Assembly (NCBI GenBank): GCA_951406725.2
Contig: OX597822.1
Coordinates: forward strand, 30,690,001-30,754,000
Length of the DNA stretch: 64,000 nucleotides
From: Octopus vulgaris
Taxonomy: Eukaryota
Reading direction: 5' to 3'
Below, one piece after another: positions 53,600 to 64,000 of this stretch; within the stretch, counting starts at the first letter, position 1; each line of letters begins with the position of its first letter. A program made the position numbers and the translations under genes. The notes beneath the pieces were generated by a model that did no database searches, had not been told where the DNA came from, and saw nothing but the letters and a program-made list of their open reading frames with translations.

Positions 53600-55616
53600 G
53601 TAAGGAAAATTTTTTTTAAAAATGCAGAATGCTCAAATGAAAGAAAATTTTAATAAAATGAGAAATTGATAAAATATATAAATATATATTTATTCAACCG
53701 GTTTTCGTCATTGTATACTTGTCAAGAATATTTATGTTTTAAAAAGTTTTTTTAAAAATTAGAAAGGGGAAAAAAGAAAATTGCATTGTTTTTTGTAAAA
53801 GAATAATGATAAAAATGTACAAAAATTAAAAAATAAGTTCTCCGATACATTGTGAGTTCGTTGTGTATCTTGAGTTTTATGGTTGTTTACGAAAAAATTA
53901 CCTTGAGGTGTTCAGATCCAAAGGGATTAAGAGCATGTGTTGTGTTGTTAAATTCAGCATGTTTGCAGGACAGGAAGTAGTAGTAATTGTGGTCCTGGTT
54001 CTTCAGTTCCTGTGTTGTGAGTAAGGGGAGACAACTCTTTTGAGTTCTTCAATAAAACCCAAATTATAAAATTATCATTTTAGCTTCATTTGCGTTATCT
54101 TTTTTATATAATTGCTTGTTAACTTAACTTTCAGATTTCAACACTTTATTTATATTATTTTCTAATTATATAAATCTGCATAGACAATTGCATTTCAAAT
54201 TGTCATATCATTTATAATAAAAATGATAGTAATAACAACAATAGTAAAAATGATATTTAAAGAATATAAGTTTTAGCTTGAAGTGATGAATGCATGGTAT
54301 CTTTATATATTTGTGTTAGTCCATCCATGAAGAGTGAGGTAGAGAAAGGAAGTTTGATCAACGAGGAGTTTGCATATTAAGTTGTGTTTGGAATTTTTCA
54401 ATAAAGAGATTCTCCTTGTTAATTCTCTCCTGTGTGGTGATCCCGTCTTTACATTGGTAGAAGGGGAATATATAGAATTTGGGGTTTAAGTCTTTAGAAC
54501 ATGAGTCTAAGTGGTCACTCAGTGGAATTTGTCGGTATTCCGGGAGATTTATTTGTTCTTTATGCACCGTTACTCGTTTACGTAACGGGAGACTCGTTTG
54601 TCCAAACATAATTATGTTGGCAACCAGCGCATGTGAGAACGTAGATAAGGTTCTCGGAGGAACAGGAGAAGTTAGTCTTGATTTTAAACTTCGTACCTTG
54701 TTTGAAGGTAAATTCAGAGCCTTCAAGTAGAAAGGGGCAGGTACCACAGTTTGAGCGTGCACATTTTTTTACTGTTGGGGGTGGATGTGGTGTGTGAAGT
54801 TTGGCATTTGTCAAGAGTTTTTTTAAAGATTTGTGTTGCCTTTTGCATTTGAGGATTTTGTGTGTATTTATAATGTTTTTCATTTTTGGGTCTGTTGACA
54901 GTAGACTGAGGTTTTGTATGATTGTGGTGTATGCTTCGATATTTTTGGGGTTGTGGGTGGAAATGTATGGAAGTATTTTGAGGTTGTGTGTGGTGTTAGG
55001 TTGGGTGGTTTTCAGTGTAGTGTTGTCTAGTTCTTTGGCGCGTTTTATTCCATACTCTATAAGGGTGGAGGGATATTGACGTTGTAATAGTGTTTTTTTG
55101 AGGTCTTGAAGGCGTATTTCTCGTGTTTTTGGATCCGAGACAATGGTGCATACCCTTTTAGCTAAATTGAAAGGGATATTTGTCTTGGTGTGTTTTGGGT
55201 GGCATGAACTAAAGAGGAGGTATTGTTGTGAGTCTGTAGGTTTGTGGTAGATGTCCACCTCAAGGTAATTTTTTCGTAAACAACCATAAAACTCAAGATA
55301 CACAACGAACTCACAATGTATCGGAGAACTTATTTTTTAATTTTTGTACATTTTTATCATTATTCTTTTACAAAAAACAATGCAATTTTCTTTTTTTCCC
55401 CTTTCTAATTTTTAAAAAAACTTTTTAAAACATAAATATTCTTGACAAGTCATACAATGACGAAAACCGGTTGAATAAATATATATTTATATATTTTATC
55501 AATTTCTCATTTTATTAAAATTTTCTTTCATTTGAGCATTCTGCATTTAAAAAAAAATTTTTCCTTACTTATCATTTCTCCACGTGCGGTCAACACAACC
55601 CCACCATTTATTGAAC
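53600..55616 (-). mobile_element. 5'-truncated Penelope-like element (Cys-linker type) with inverted pseudo-LTR
   Basis: IYHKPTDSQQYLLFSSCHP (RT thumb), CARSNCGTCP linker, NLIYVLTCAGCQHNYV/GQT..LRKRVTVH GIY-YIG with one frameshift near 54600; ~310-bp inverted repeat 53600-53910 / 55256-55568; (TA)n on both sides. Confidence 0.9.
55437..55477 (+). ncRNA. Hammerhead-like motif with U3-A8 core variant (second copy 53691-53730, minus)
   Basis: Stem I TATTC/GAATA, core TTGACAA, stem II GTCAT/ATGAC, GAAA, palindrome AACCGGTT, triplet GTT. Confidence 0.72.
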
Positions 55617-55645
55617 TATATATATATATATGTATATATATATTT

Positions 55646-55963
55646 TGTGAAATAGAAAGATGAATAATCTTGTTGCAGATTAATCAAAAGTTTAACCGAT
55701 ACCTTGGTAGCAAAAATCACAGCAGAAGACAGCACGGTTGGAGGTACAACCCTATGGTGTTGCAACCGTGCGTTGGTGCGGATAATTGAATTTTAATATT
55801 ATTAGTGAATTGAAGAAATGGAGTTGAACGAAGATTGAACAGAAATCGTTTTATTGCATTCTGGAATTTGGTAAATTGTGCCTTTCGAAACACGTGTAGA
55901 ATGCGATAAAACGATTTCTGTTCAATCTTCGTTCAACTCCATTTCTTCAATTCACTAATAATA
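55646..55963. mobile_element. Fold-back element with 3' half of a hammerhead at the turn
   Basis: Arms 55797-55862 / 55898-55963; GAAACACGTGTA at 55887-55898. Confidence 0.72.
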
Positions 55964-55990
55964 TATATGTATATATATATATATATATAT

Positions 55991-56130
55991 GCTTTTTCTG
56001 TGTCCCTTTCTGTAGAAGAGCGCAGGCTTGAAACGTATAAGATTTTTCTATTCCTGAGCGTTATTCTAATACATCTGTTTGTTTTGTACACCACCTGTCT
56101 TCGTCTTTTGTTTTTTTCGTAAACTCTCCC
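55991..56130 (+). mobile_element. Family H3 element
   Basis: CTTT-CTGTAGA-A-GAGC-GCAG-GCTT-GAAAC-GTA at 56006-56037. Confidence 0.68.
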
Positions 56131-56494
56131 TATATATATATATATATGTATATATTTTTAATAACTTTACTGACAGTGACTACGAAGTTTTTTCAATAGA
56201 TTATTTCTTCAGACTGTGGAACGAAAAATAATCATTTTGCCTGTTTATATAGTTTTGCCTTTATGAGTATGTGTTTCATATTGGTTAGAAGACAATTCTG
56301 GTATAGAAATATAGGAATTAGATTTTCTGAAAATTGACAATATCTTAAGCAGTTATATATACACAACTGCGAAAATGTAAAAGTGGGAGATAGGAGAGCG
56401 TACTCACACTCAAATCTATCTGAGTTTTTTTATAATACATAAGCATGGACAAAACGTAAAATTTGTGGCATGCATATATGCATGGATATATAGT

Positions 56495-56800
<306 letters not shown>

Positions 56801-57343
56801 GTATATATTGGTATATATTAATAAGATGGCGACATAGAGAAAGGGACTAAAAAAATATGGAGATGGAAAGAAAGAAGCGAAAAGAAGCATAAAAGTTCAT
56901 AGTTGAACTTGTTAAAGTTGTGGAAACCAGTGCATGTATGTATGTATGTATGTATATATGCGCACACACAAACATATATAAGACACTTATGCATAATTAA
57001 CTTTAATGAGAAGTACAGTTATATGCAACACAACGGAAGAATAGGAGAGTAAGGGATTCTTTAAAACATGGTATGAAAAATATATAAAAAAATCTTCGAC
57101 CAAATTGATTTTCTTTCTATGAAATCTTCAACAGGGCAGAAATCGATAAGTGGAGTTGGCAAACAATTTAGAAGGACTTAGAACTACTATGATATATATT
57201 TCATCTGTTCATTTACGTCTTTCATAAATCATGCTTTTAACTGGCGTATCGATAAACTCATACATTCGTGTTTATATGTGTATACATAATCACACAAATT
57301 CCTTCATATAATATATGTAAATATATATATGTCTAAATAATGA

Positions 57344-57383
<40 letters not shown>

Positions 57384-57386
<3 letters not shown>

Positions 57387-57885
57387 CTCTAAATAAGGGT
57401 ATCTGAGAAATACCACCATGCCGAAATAGCAGTCAAATCCCTGACTCTAAAAGCCACCTTAAATGTTCATATCGCACCATGAGATAAGACAGAGAGACAA
57501 AATAAACTAGCAAAAAGATATTACTGAATAATTCAAGATCCTGGATTTCTAAGCTCTGCCTTCGTCAGTTGAATATATCAGATGGCCCATCTGATACATT
57601 CAATTGACGAAGGCAGAGCTTATTTGAAGCAAAGCTAGAAATCCAGGATCTTGAATTATTCAGTAATATCTTTTTGCTAGTCTATTTTGTCTCTCTGTCT
57701 TATCTCATGGTGCGATATGAACATTTAAGGTGGTTTTTAGAGTCAGGGATTTGACTGCTATTTCGGCATGGTGGTGTCTCTCAGATACCCTTATTTATAG
57801 TTGTAAAAGAATTATTACTTTTGTATGGTATTTATTCCCAAGCTGGCCACTTGATAATATCGAAATTTAGATATCGATATTATCC

Positions 57886-57890
<5 letters not shown>
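57384..57890. mobile_element. Giant hairpin element (~200-bp arms) with a hammerhead-like motif in each arm
   Basis: 57384-57585 is the reverse complement of 57587-57805; TTCAA-yTGACGA..GAAATCCAGGATC-TTGAA at 57532-57573 (-) and 57599-57655 (+). Confidence 0.8.
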
Positions 57891-57948
<58 letters not shown>

Positions 57949-59160
57949 ATTAGCACGAAGTCTTAAGGATGCAGTGAGCCTCAACCTATTTAGAAATGAG
58001 TGCTAAGGTGTCAATTCAACCGCCGGAAGGCACCAAAATAATAAAAAGAATTAAATAGCATACCTATAAAGATTATGCCGTTCAGATGCTCATATACTAT
58101 GATTTCGAGTGTTGGCCCGAGGGCCTTAACCTTCCTCTCTATGAATTACTGAGCAAAAATTTCAAAATCCGCCACGTTAATATCAATTAAATATATTTGC
58201 CATAGATGGTATTAACAATAGTAATATCTTACTTCGAATGTAATTATTCGAATGCTTTAGCTTTTTTATATATGGTCACCCACCAGTGTGAAATTAACAG
58301 CGGACCTTGAACCTACATCACGGCAAGAGATGCAAATGAGGGTAGCTATATCAAACTCCATTCTTCACCAAGTGCCACATATTAGAGGAGGGTCTAAGTA
58401 ATAACAGTGTAGCACAAAATGGCGGTGCATCAGCATGGCCGCAGCTCTGAGCTGAAACTAGAAAAAAAAAATATATATATAAAGTGATCTATATCCTACC
58501 CAATAAGTTTAGCATCTTATGATTCATATCACTTCGCACGCGCACGCACATGTGTGTGTGTGCGTGTGCGTGCGTATATTTCAGCAAAGAAAGACTATCC
58601 TTGTTTCTATATCTGTCTCCATATATGCAAATATATGTTAAATGTTATGTGCGTATTTTTCACGCAAACTTAACTACTACACGCATACATATAACACAAT
58701 CGGGACTAATAACGCATATGGAAATCAAAGATCTGTAAAATGCTTAGTTATATCACGGTGGATTCTTCTTCGTTACGTTTTGTTCTATTGCTTTATTTAT
58801 GTACACAATGGATTTATCACTGTCCCTTACTTACTCCGCCATATTCGGGAGATCGTTACCGCTGGCTTTCTGCTTGAACTATTAAGTGTTGGCAGCCAAA
58901 ATATGTACATGGATGGAGGTCCGGTCTTTCAGCTTACAGAAAAACTTGGTTTCCACAACTCTCGCTTAAATGTGATACATATATTAAGGAATAGTGCACA
59001 TGCCATTCTGTATAATCTAGCTAAGTAATATGATATTATAGATGGGATGATGCAGTGTTAGTTACCATGAAGAGATATTTTTCATTAAATCCTATCGTAC
59101 GAGTATACCCACATATTTAAACGCATACAACCGGCGCAGACAAGCACAAATATACATATA

Positions 59161-59297
59161 AGGTTGTCCCAAAAGTTCGTAAAAAGTCTTGGAAAATAAT
59201 GGTTTATATTTTGAGGAATAATTTTTGTTGTTTTTGTTAGTACTTAGCGAGTAAAAATTCAATTTTCGCAAGTGTTTACGAACTTTTGGGACAGCCT
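59161..59297. mobile_element. Mariner-type MITE
   Basis: TIRs aggttgtcccaaaagttcgtaaa / tttacgaacttttgggacagcct. Confidence 0.8.
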
Positions 59298-59589
59298 AAT
59301 ATACAAAATTACAAATACATACATACAAATGTATAAAGAAATACCCTGCATGCACACATGTACTGGTAAGTGCAGTGTGTCAGCATATATAGTTTTTATG
59401 TGCACGTGTAACTCATTATATGTGAAAAAATATACGGTTTCGTTTAACTGAATTCCATTTAAACCATCTCCCAACTAAATGCGTGCCACCGCACACGTCA
59501 GGCAGACGAAGTTCACAATTCAATCACTCCCCCCCTCTCTCTCTCTATCTATCTATCTACACACACGCACACATATATATACCTGTATA

Positions 59590-60723
59590 CAGGGTGGGAA
59601 GTAAAACTTGGATATTTTCGAAGCCTTCTTTTTAATATATTTCTGAACGTAAATGCTAAAATATTGTTTTCTATTTCAGGGTGGAGGTATATAGAGTTAA
59701 TTTAAGCAGAAGTTCCAGTCATACTATCTAACATGTCCACTTAAGAAGCCAAGAGACAAACGCATAGTAGATTTGTTTCGTGCCGGGGTTGCAATTAGAC
59801 GTATTACTGAGACTGGCGGATCCTCTGTGAGTACTGTCTACAACGTTAACAACCGAATGCTGGATGTGGGAGGCATCAAGAGGCGGCCAAAATTTAGAAC
59901 GACCCAACAACATCCAGGAAAAAACTGACCATGGACATGAAAGTTGATCCGATGACCATCAGAAATGCTGTACACACTGATTTAGATTTGGGGTCATATT
60001 GACCCATGCCATGAAAGGGCCAAAGCACAATGGAAAAACCGTCAAAATCTTTTCAGATGGACAAATCTTTACCATAGATGCTGTTTTAAACCATCGCAAT
60101 GACCGAGCGATACGTTGTTAAGTCACCTTCTGAAGGGGTAAGCATCCAGCTCAAGTCATGATACTCGGAGTCGTGGTGTCTGACGGAAAAAAAAAACGTG
60201 CTTCTCCATTTTTCAAGTCTGTGGAAAAGCTAGGGGCTAAGATTTATTATAAAGTCCTGCTTTATAAGGTTTTGCCTTGGCTGAAGTCTAACTACCCCAA
60301 CGGTAATTGTGTGTGGACCCAAGATGGTGCTCTGTTCATACGGTAAAGAAAGTGCAGAAATTTTGCGAAGACAACTTCGCTGACATTTGGCCTACCAAAT
60401 TCTGGCTATCTTCCAGCCCAGACTTGAAATCCCTGGACTATGCCGTATGGGACAAACTGGAGCACTCTATTAACAAGTCTTGATCATCTTAAGCAGGTCA
60501 TGAGGGAAGAGTTGGACAACATGAAGGAGTGTGACGCCTTCAGGTGATGTGTCTACCTTCAGGTGATGTGGTAGACAATGAAGACTGACATATTGAATAA
60601 ATTGTCTCTTTATAACCCTATAAACTTGTGTTAAAATTATATTTACGTCAGGTTGCTGGCTGTTGTAAAATAAACAGTTATATAAATTATCTATTATTTT
60701 CCAAGTTTTACTTCCCCACCCTG
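59590..60723 (+). mobile_element. Decayed DD37D (maT)-type Tc1/mariner transposon
   Basis: TIRs CAGGGTGGGAAGTAAAACTTGGA / TCCAAGTTTTACTTCCCCACCCTG, TA TSD; peptides FSDGQIFTIDAVLNHRND, VLPWLK..WTQDGA, SSPDLKSLDYAVW. Confidence 0.88.
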
Positions 60724-60789
60724 TATATATATATATATATATATATACATATGGATATAGATATGTACGTATGTATGTATGTATGTATG

Positions 60790-60857
<68 letters not shown>

Positions 60858-60861
<4 letters not shown>

Positions 60862-61696
60862 GGTACAAAAAAGTTCCCGGACTAGTTTTATAGTGCGCCA
60901 ACAGGTAGCAGCACACAGTCGCATTTGCTTTCACAGTGAGAGCTAGCAATGACCTTCAAGAGGCAATGTGCTGTGTGACATCGCTGTGATTACTTCGTAA
61001 GTTGTAAAGTTCATATATTTGTGATTACGTGCATGCTGTGGTCCCCGATTTTTGTCATGAAGAGGAAGGTAGAACAAAGAAGCGAAGTCTTCTATAGAGA
61101 CATTGAGCATGCTTCGATAAACTTATGGCGACAAGGTAAAGTGTCTTACGCAATGATTCGAGTGTCTCCAGCGCTTGAAAAGGCGCAGCATAGTCAAGAG
61201 CACGACCATCGTTTTTTCCGACATTCGTTGTATTGTGCATCGGGAACTTGTCCTGCGTTCTACAGCAATTTTATGAAGCATTTGAAAGAGAACATTCGGC
61301 GGATCTGTGGAGTGCGAAGAATTGAGTTCTTCAAGACGACAGTGCACACTCTCGCCGTGCTCTCCTCACTTCCGTGTGTCTCTCACCCAAAACAACGTGG
61401 TACTGCTTCCACACCCACCTTATCCGCCAAATTTAGCACCTGCGGACTTCCATTTCTTCCCCAAGAGGAAAATGCAGTTCAAATGTAATTATATTAACAC
61501 CACTGTTGAGATCAACAGAAAATCGCAGAAGGATCTCGACTCGCTTATGAAAAACGACTTCCACGCCCAATTCCAAAAGTGGCAGGAGCACTGGGCCCTG
61601 TGTCTTGTTGTACAATGTGGCTATTGCGAAGGGGAAGATGTTAAAATTTAGGTAATTAAGTTATTCTTTTATTAAACATAATTAGGCCAGGAACTG
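60858..61696 (+). mobile_element. Decayed DD34D mariner
   Basis: LPHPPYPPNLAPADFHFFPK and FQKWQEHWALC...GYCEGE motifs; 5' TIR-like aaaaagttcccggact. Confidence 0.82.
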
Positions 61697-62028
61697 AGAA
61701 TTTATTATTAATCATGACAATTGCTTCGACACATGTTCGTTTCTTTTTTTCCCATCTGTGACTGTGTTTTTGATATTTTATGTAAATGAAGGTATTTCTT
61801 CCGTCTGGCTGGTTTTCTGTCTACAAAACGATAAGTTACATTGCGGAGTTGTTATTTTAACGAGTTGTGTCTATTTGTGACCAGATGAGATACATCTGCA
61901 CCTCCGGATGCTCGTGAACCAGTTGTTGAATGTCCCACCTGTGAAAAATCGATGCTAGACGTGTCGAAACTGTTTTCGTGATTAATAATAAATTCTCGTA
62001 TATCCCATCTTCCGTCTTTCATTTGCCA

Positions 62029-62059
<31 letters not shown>

Positions 62060-62070
62060 ACACAAACACA

Positions 62071-62166
<96 letters not shown>

Positions 62167-62509
62167 CATGTATATATTGGTACAGGACATCACCAAGGGT
62201 GCAAATAACATGAAATAGGTAAACAACGAGAAAAAATGGAAAACAGGACAAGTAAACACAAAGAAAGGACCCTTCAGCAGTTGTTGGCTGTCAATCTACT
62301 CCTCATTTCGAGCATTCAACGATAATATGAGTCGTGAAAGACAGTTGCGCCCTGGAATAATAATATATAATATTCATTATTTATTATTTAATTGAACGCC
62401 ACGTATTCATTCCCAAGTAATTATATATATATATATATATATATGAGAGCTAGTGGCGCTTACAGTTATCAAGTATTCACCCTGAATTTTCTGTACCTAT
62501 ATATATATA

Positions 62510-63260
62510 AAGGAATACCAAAAATGGGACAAAACGCAAAACATCCAGACAGTTAGATGAGACAAAAAGGGACAACAAAACATCCAGATAGACGATAAAG
62601 TAAAACAAGGACGGGTCGTTCGTAGTTTTTTTCTTCAGTCGAGCTTCAGATTATCTTTGCAATTTCGGCTTGTTATACTCGAGATTGCCAAATCTGGCCA
62701 GCTCCAAGGAAGCACCAGATTCCTTGGAAGAAAGCAGCGAGTGTATACGAAAACAAGGACGGAGAAATGGAGAAATGGTACACAAATATAAATGGAAATA
62801 AGAAACATTAACAAAAGTCTTTCGACTAAGGACGAATTAAATTAAATTGGCGTGTGTGGAAGTAAAGCCTTACAGTGGGGACATAAGAGATGACAGGCAT
62901 ATGGAGGAATATAGATGTTGCACTGATGGTAGTTGAACCCAGAAAGAAAGGTCAGTCTTTCCCGAACACCGGTCATGTGGAGAGATAAGGGAGAGAGAGA
63001 GGTAGGGGTAGAGGGATAGAAGAATTAGGGAGGGAAGAAAAGAAAGAAAAGAGAGAGAGTGAACTGAAACAGGAGGGCAGGTGAGAAGATGAGAATGAAG
63101 AGAAAACCAGGAAATGTGGGAGAGGGGGGGACGAAAGAAAGAAGAGTGAAAAGAACGACGAAGTAAGTGTGAAGGGGTTGATAGAAAGAATGAACGAATG
63201 AAAGAATATTAGAGTCGTACAACATTTAGATATATATATATATATGTACTTACATAGAAG
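62510..63260. mobile_element. (TA)n-flanked interspersed repeat, possibly Penelope-derived; its start is repeated at 63297-63380
   Basis: aaggaataccaaaaatgggacaa occurs twice; purine-rich body. Confidence 0.5.
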
Positions 63261-64000
63261 AAACCGAAATGTACGTACGCAGCTATATTTATATAAAAAG
63301 GAATACCAAAAATGGGACAAGAAGTGTTTGATGATACAAGAAACGGACAACAACACATCCAGACGATACAAAAAAAAGGGTGGGACACACATACATATAT
63401 ATTTAGAAATAATATGGGTAGCTTATTAGCAATTTAACAACCTAAAGGCAAATTAATTATCGCCACCAAACTGACAGAGGGTACAAAGTAGTACCAGCAT
63501 TCAGCATTGGTCGAAATAAGAGCCAAAACAACTTAATTATCACAGAAGTACTATCTTAATGACTAACAGGGGAGACAACCTCCCTAGCCGACAGAGCCAA
63601 ATCACCAGTGATTTAGAATTTTGTTATGTATATATAAGTATCTAGATATATGTATACATACATACATGCATACTTATATACATTAGCAGAAAGACCACCC
63701 TCTAGGCGGTTTTCTGCTAGTAACTCGATAATATTTCCACATTTCATTCCCAATTTTAATAATTTTTATGATAATTTACGTCTAATTATTTCTTTGTATA
63801 ATAGTGCTCACTTGCTTCGTAAATATTGCTTTCACTATTTAATCCCAGTTATAATCTCTCTTTTTAAAGAGTCAATCTGTTATATATATTTATCATTAAT
63901 AAATGGTAGAACTTGCATTGATAATTGGTATAACTTACATAGGTGTACAGACGTGTGCATAGCTAGATAGATGAATAGATAGATATATAAATGGATGGAT

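Noticed and set aside
55260-55303. ORF start MYLEFYGCLRKNY as the true Penelope N-terminus
   Set aside because: Derives from the inverted terminal repeat fused at the 5' truncation point

Overview
AT-rich, microsatellite-saturated eukaryotic DNA. The repeat content and gene type suggest a coleoid cephalopod, most likely Octopus (inference). Only two intact host coding regions are visible: a convergent pair of intronless, paralogous class-B-like 7TM receptors (5064-6980 +, 24117-25949 -). Both have Cys-rich ectodomains of somatomedin-B/Methuselah-like type and no GAIN/GPS motif. The rest is mobile DNA and simple repeats: at least five tRNA-headed SINE families, Dong/R4-type 3' ends sitting in (TAA)n tracts, Penelope-like (GIY-YIG) elements, Tx1-, CR1- and RTE-like relics, Tc1/mariner elements and MITEs, and non-autonomous Helitrons. 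The most striking hidden layer is a set of more than ten minimal hammerhead-ribozyme-like motifs in several unrelated small elements, mostly inside (TA)n tracts and often folded back on themselves. These include a tRNA-headed SINE with a hammerhead-bearing tail (30796-31100) and a Penelope hammerhead with a compensatory U3-A8 core pair (55437-55477). A young SINE also appears to insert into the head of older relatives, building 184-bp-period arrays. All coordinates and alignments were read by eye; no searches or folding programs were run.
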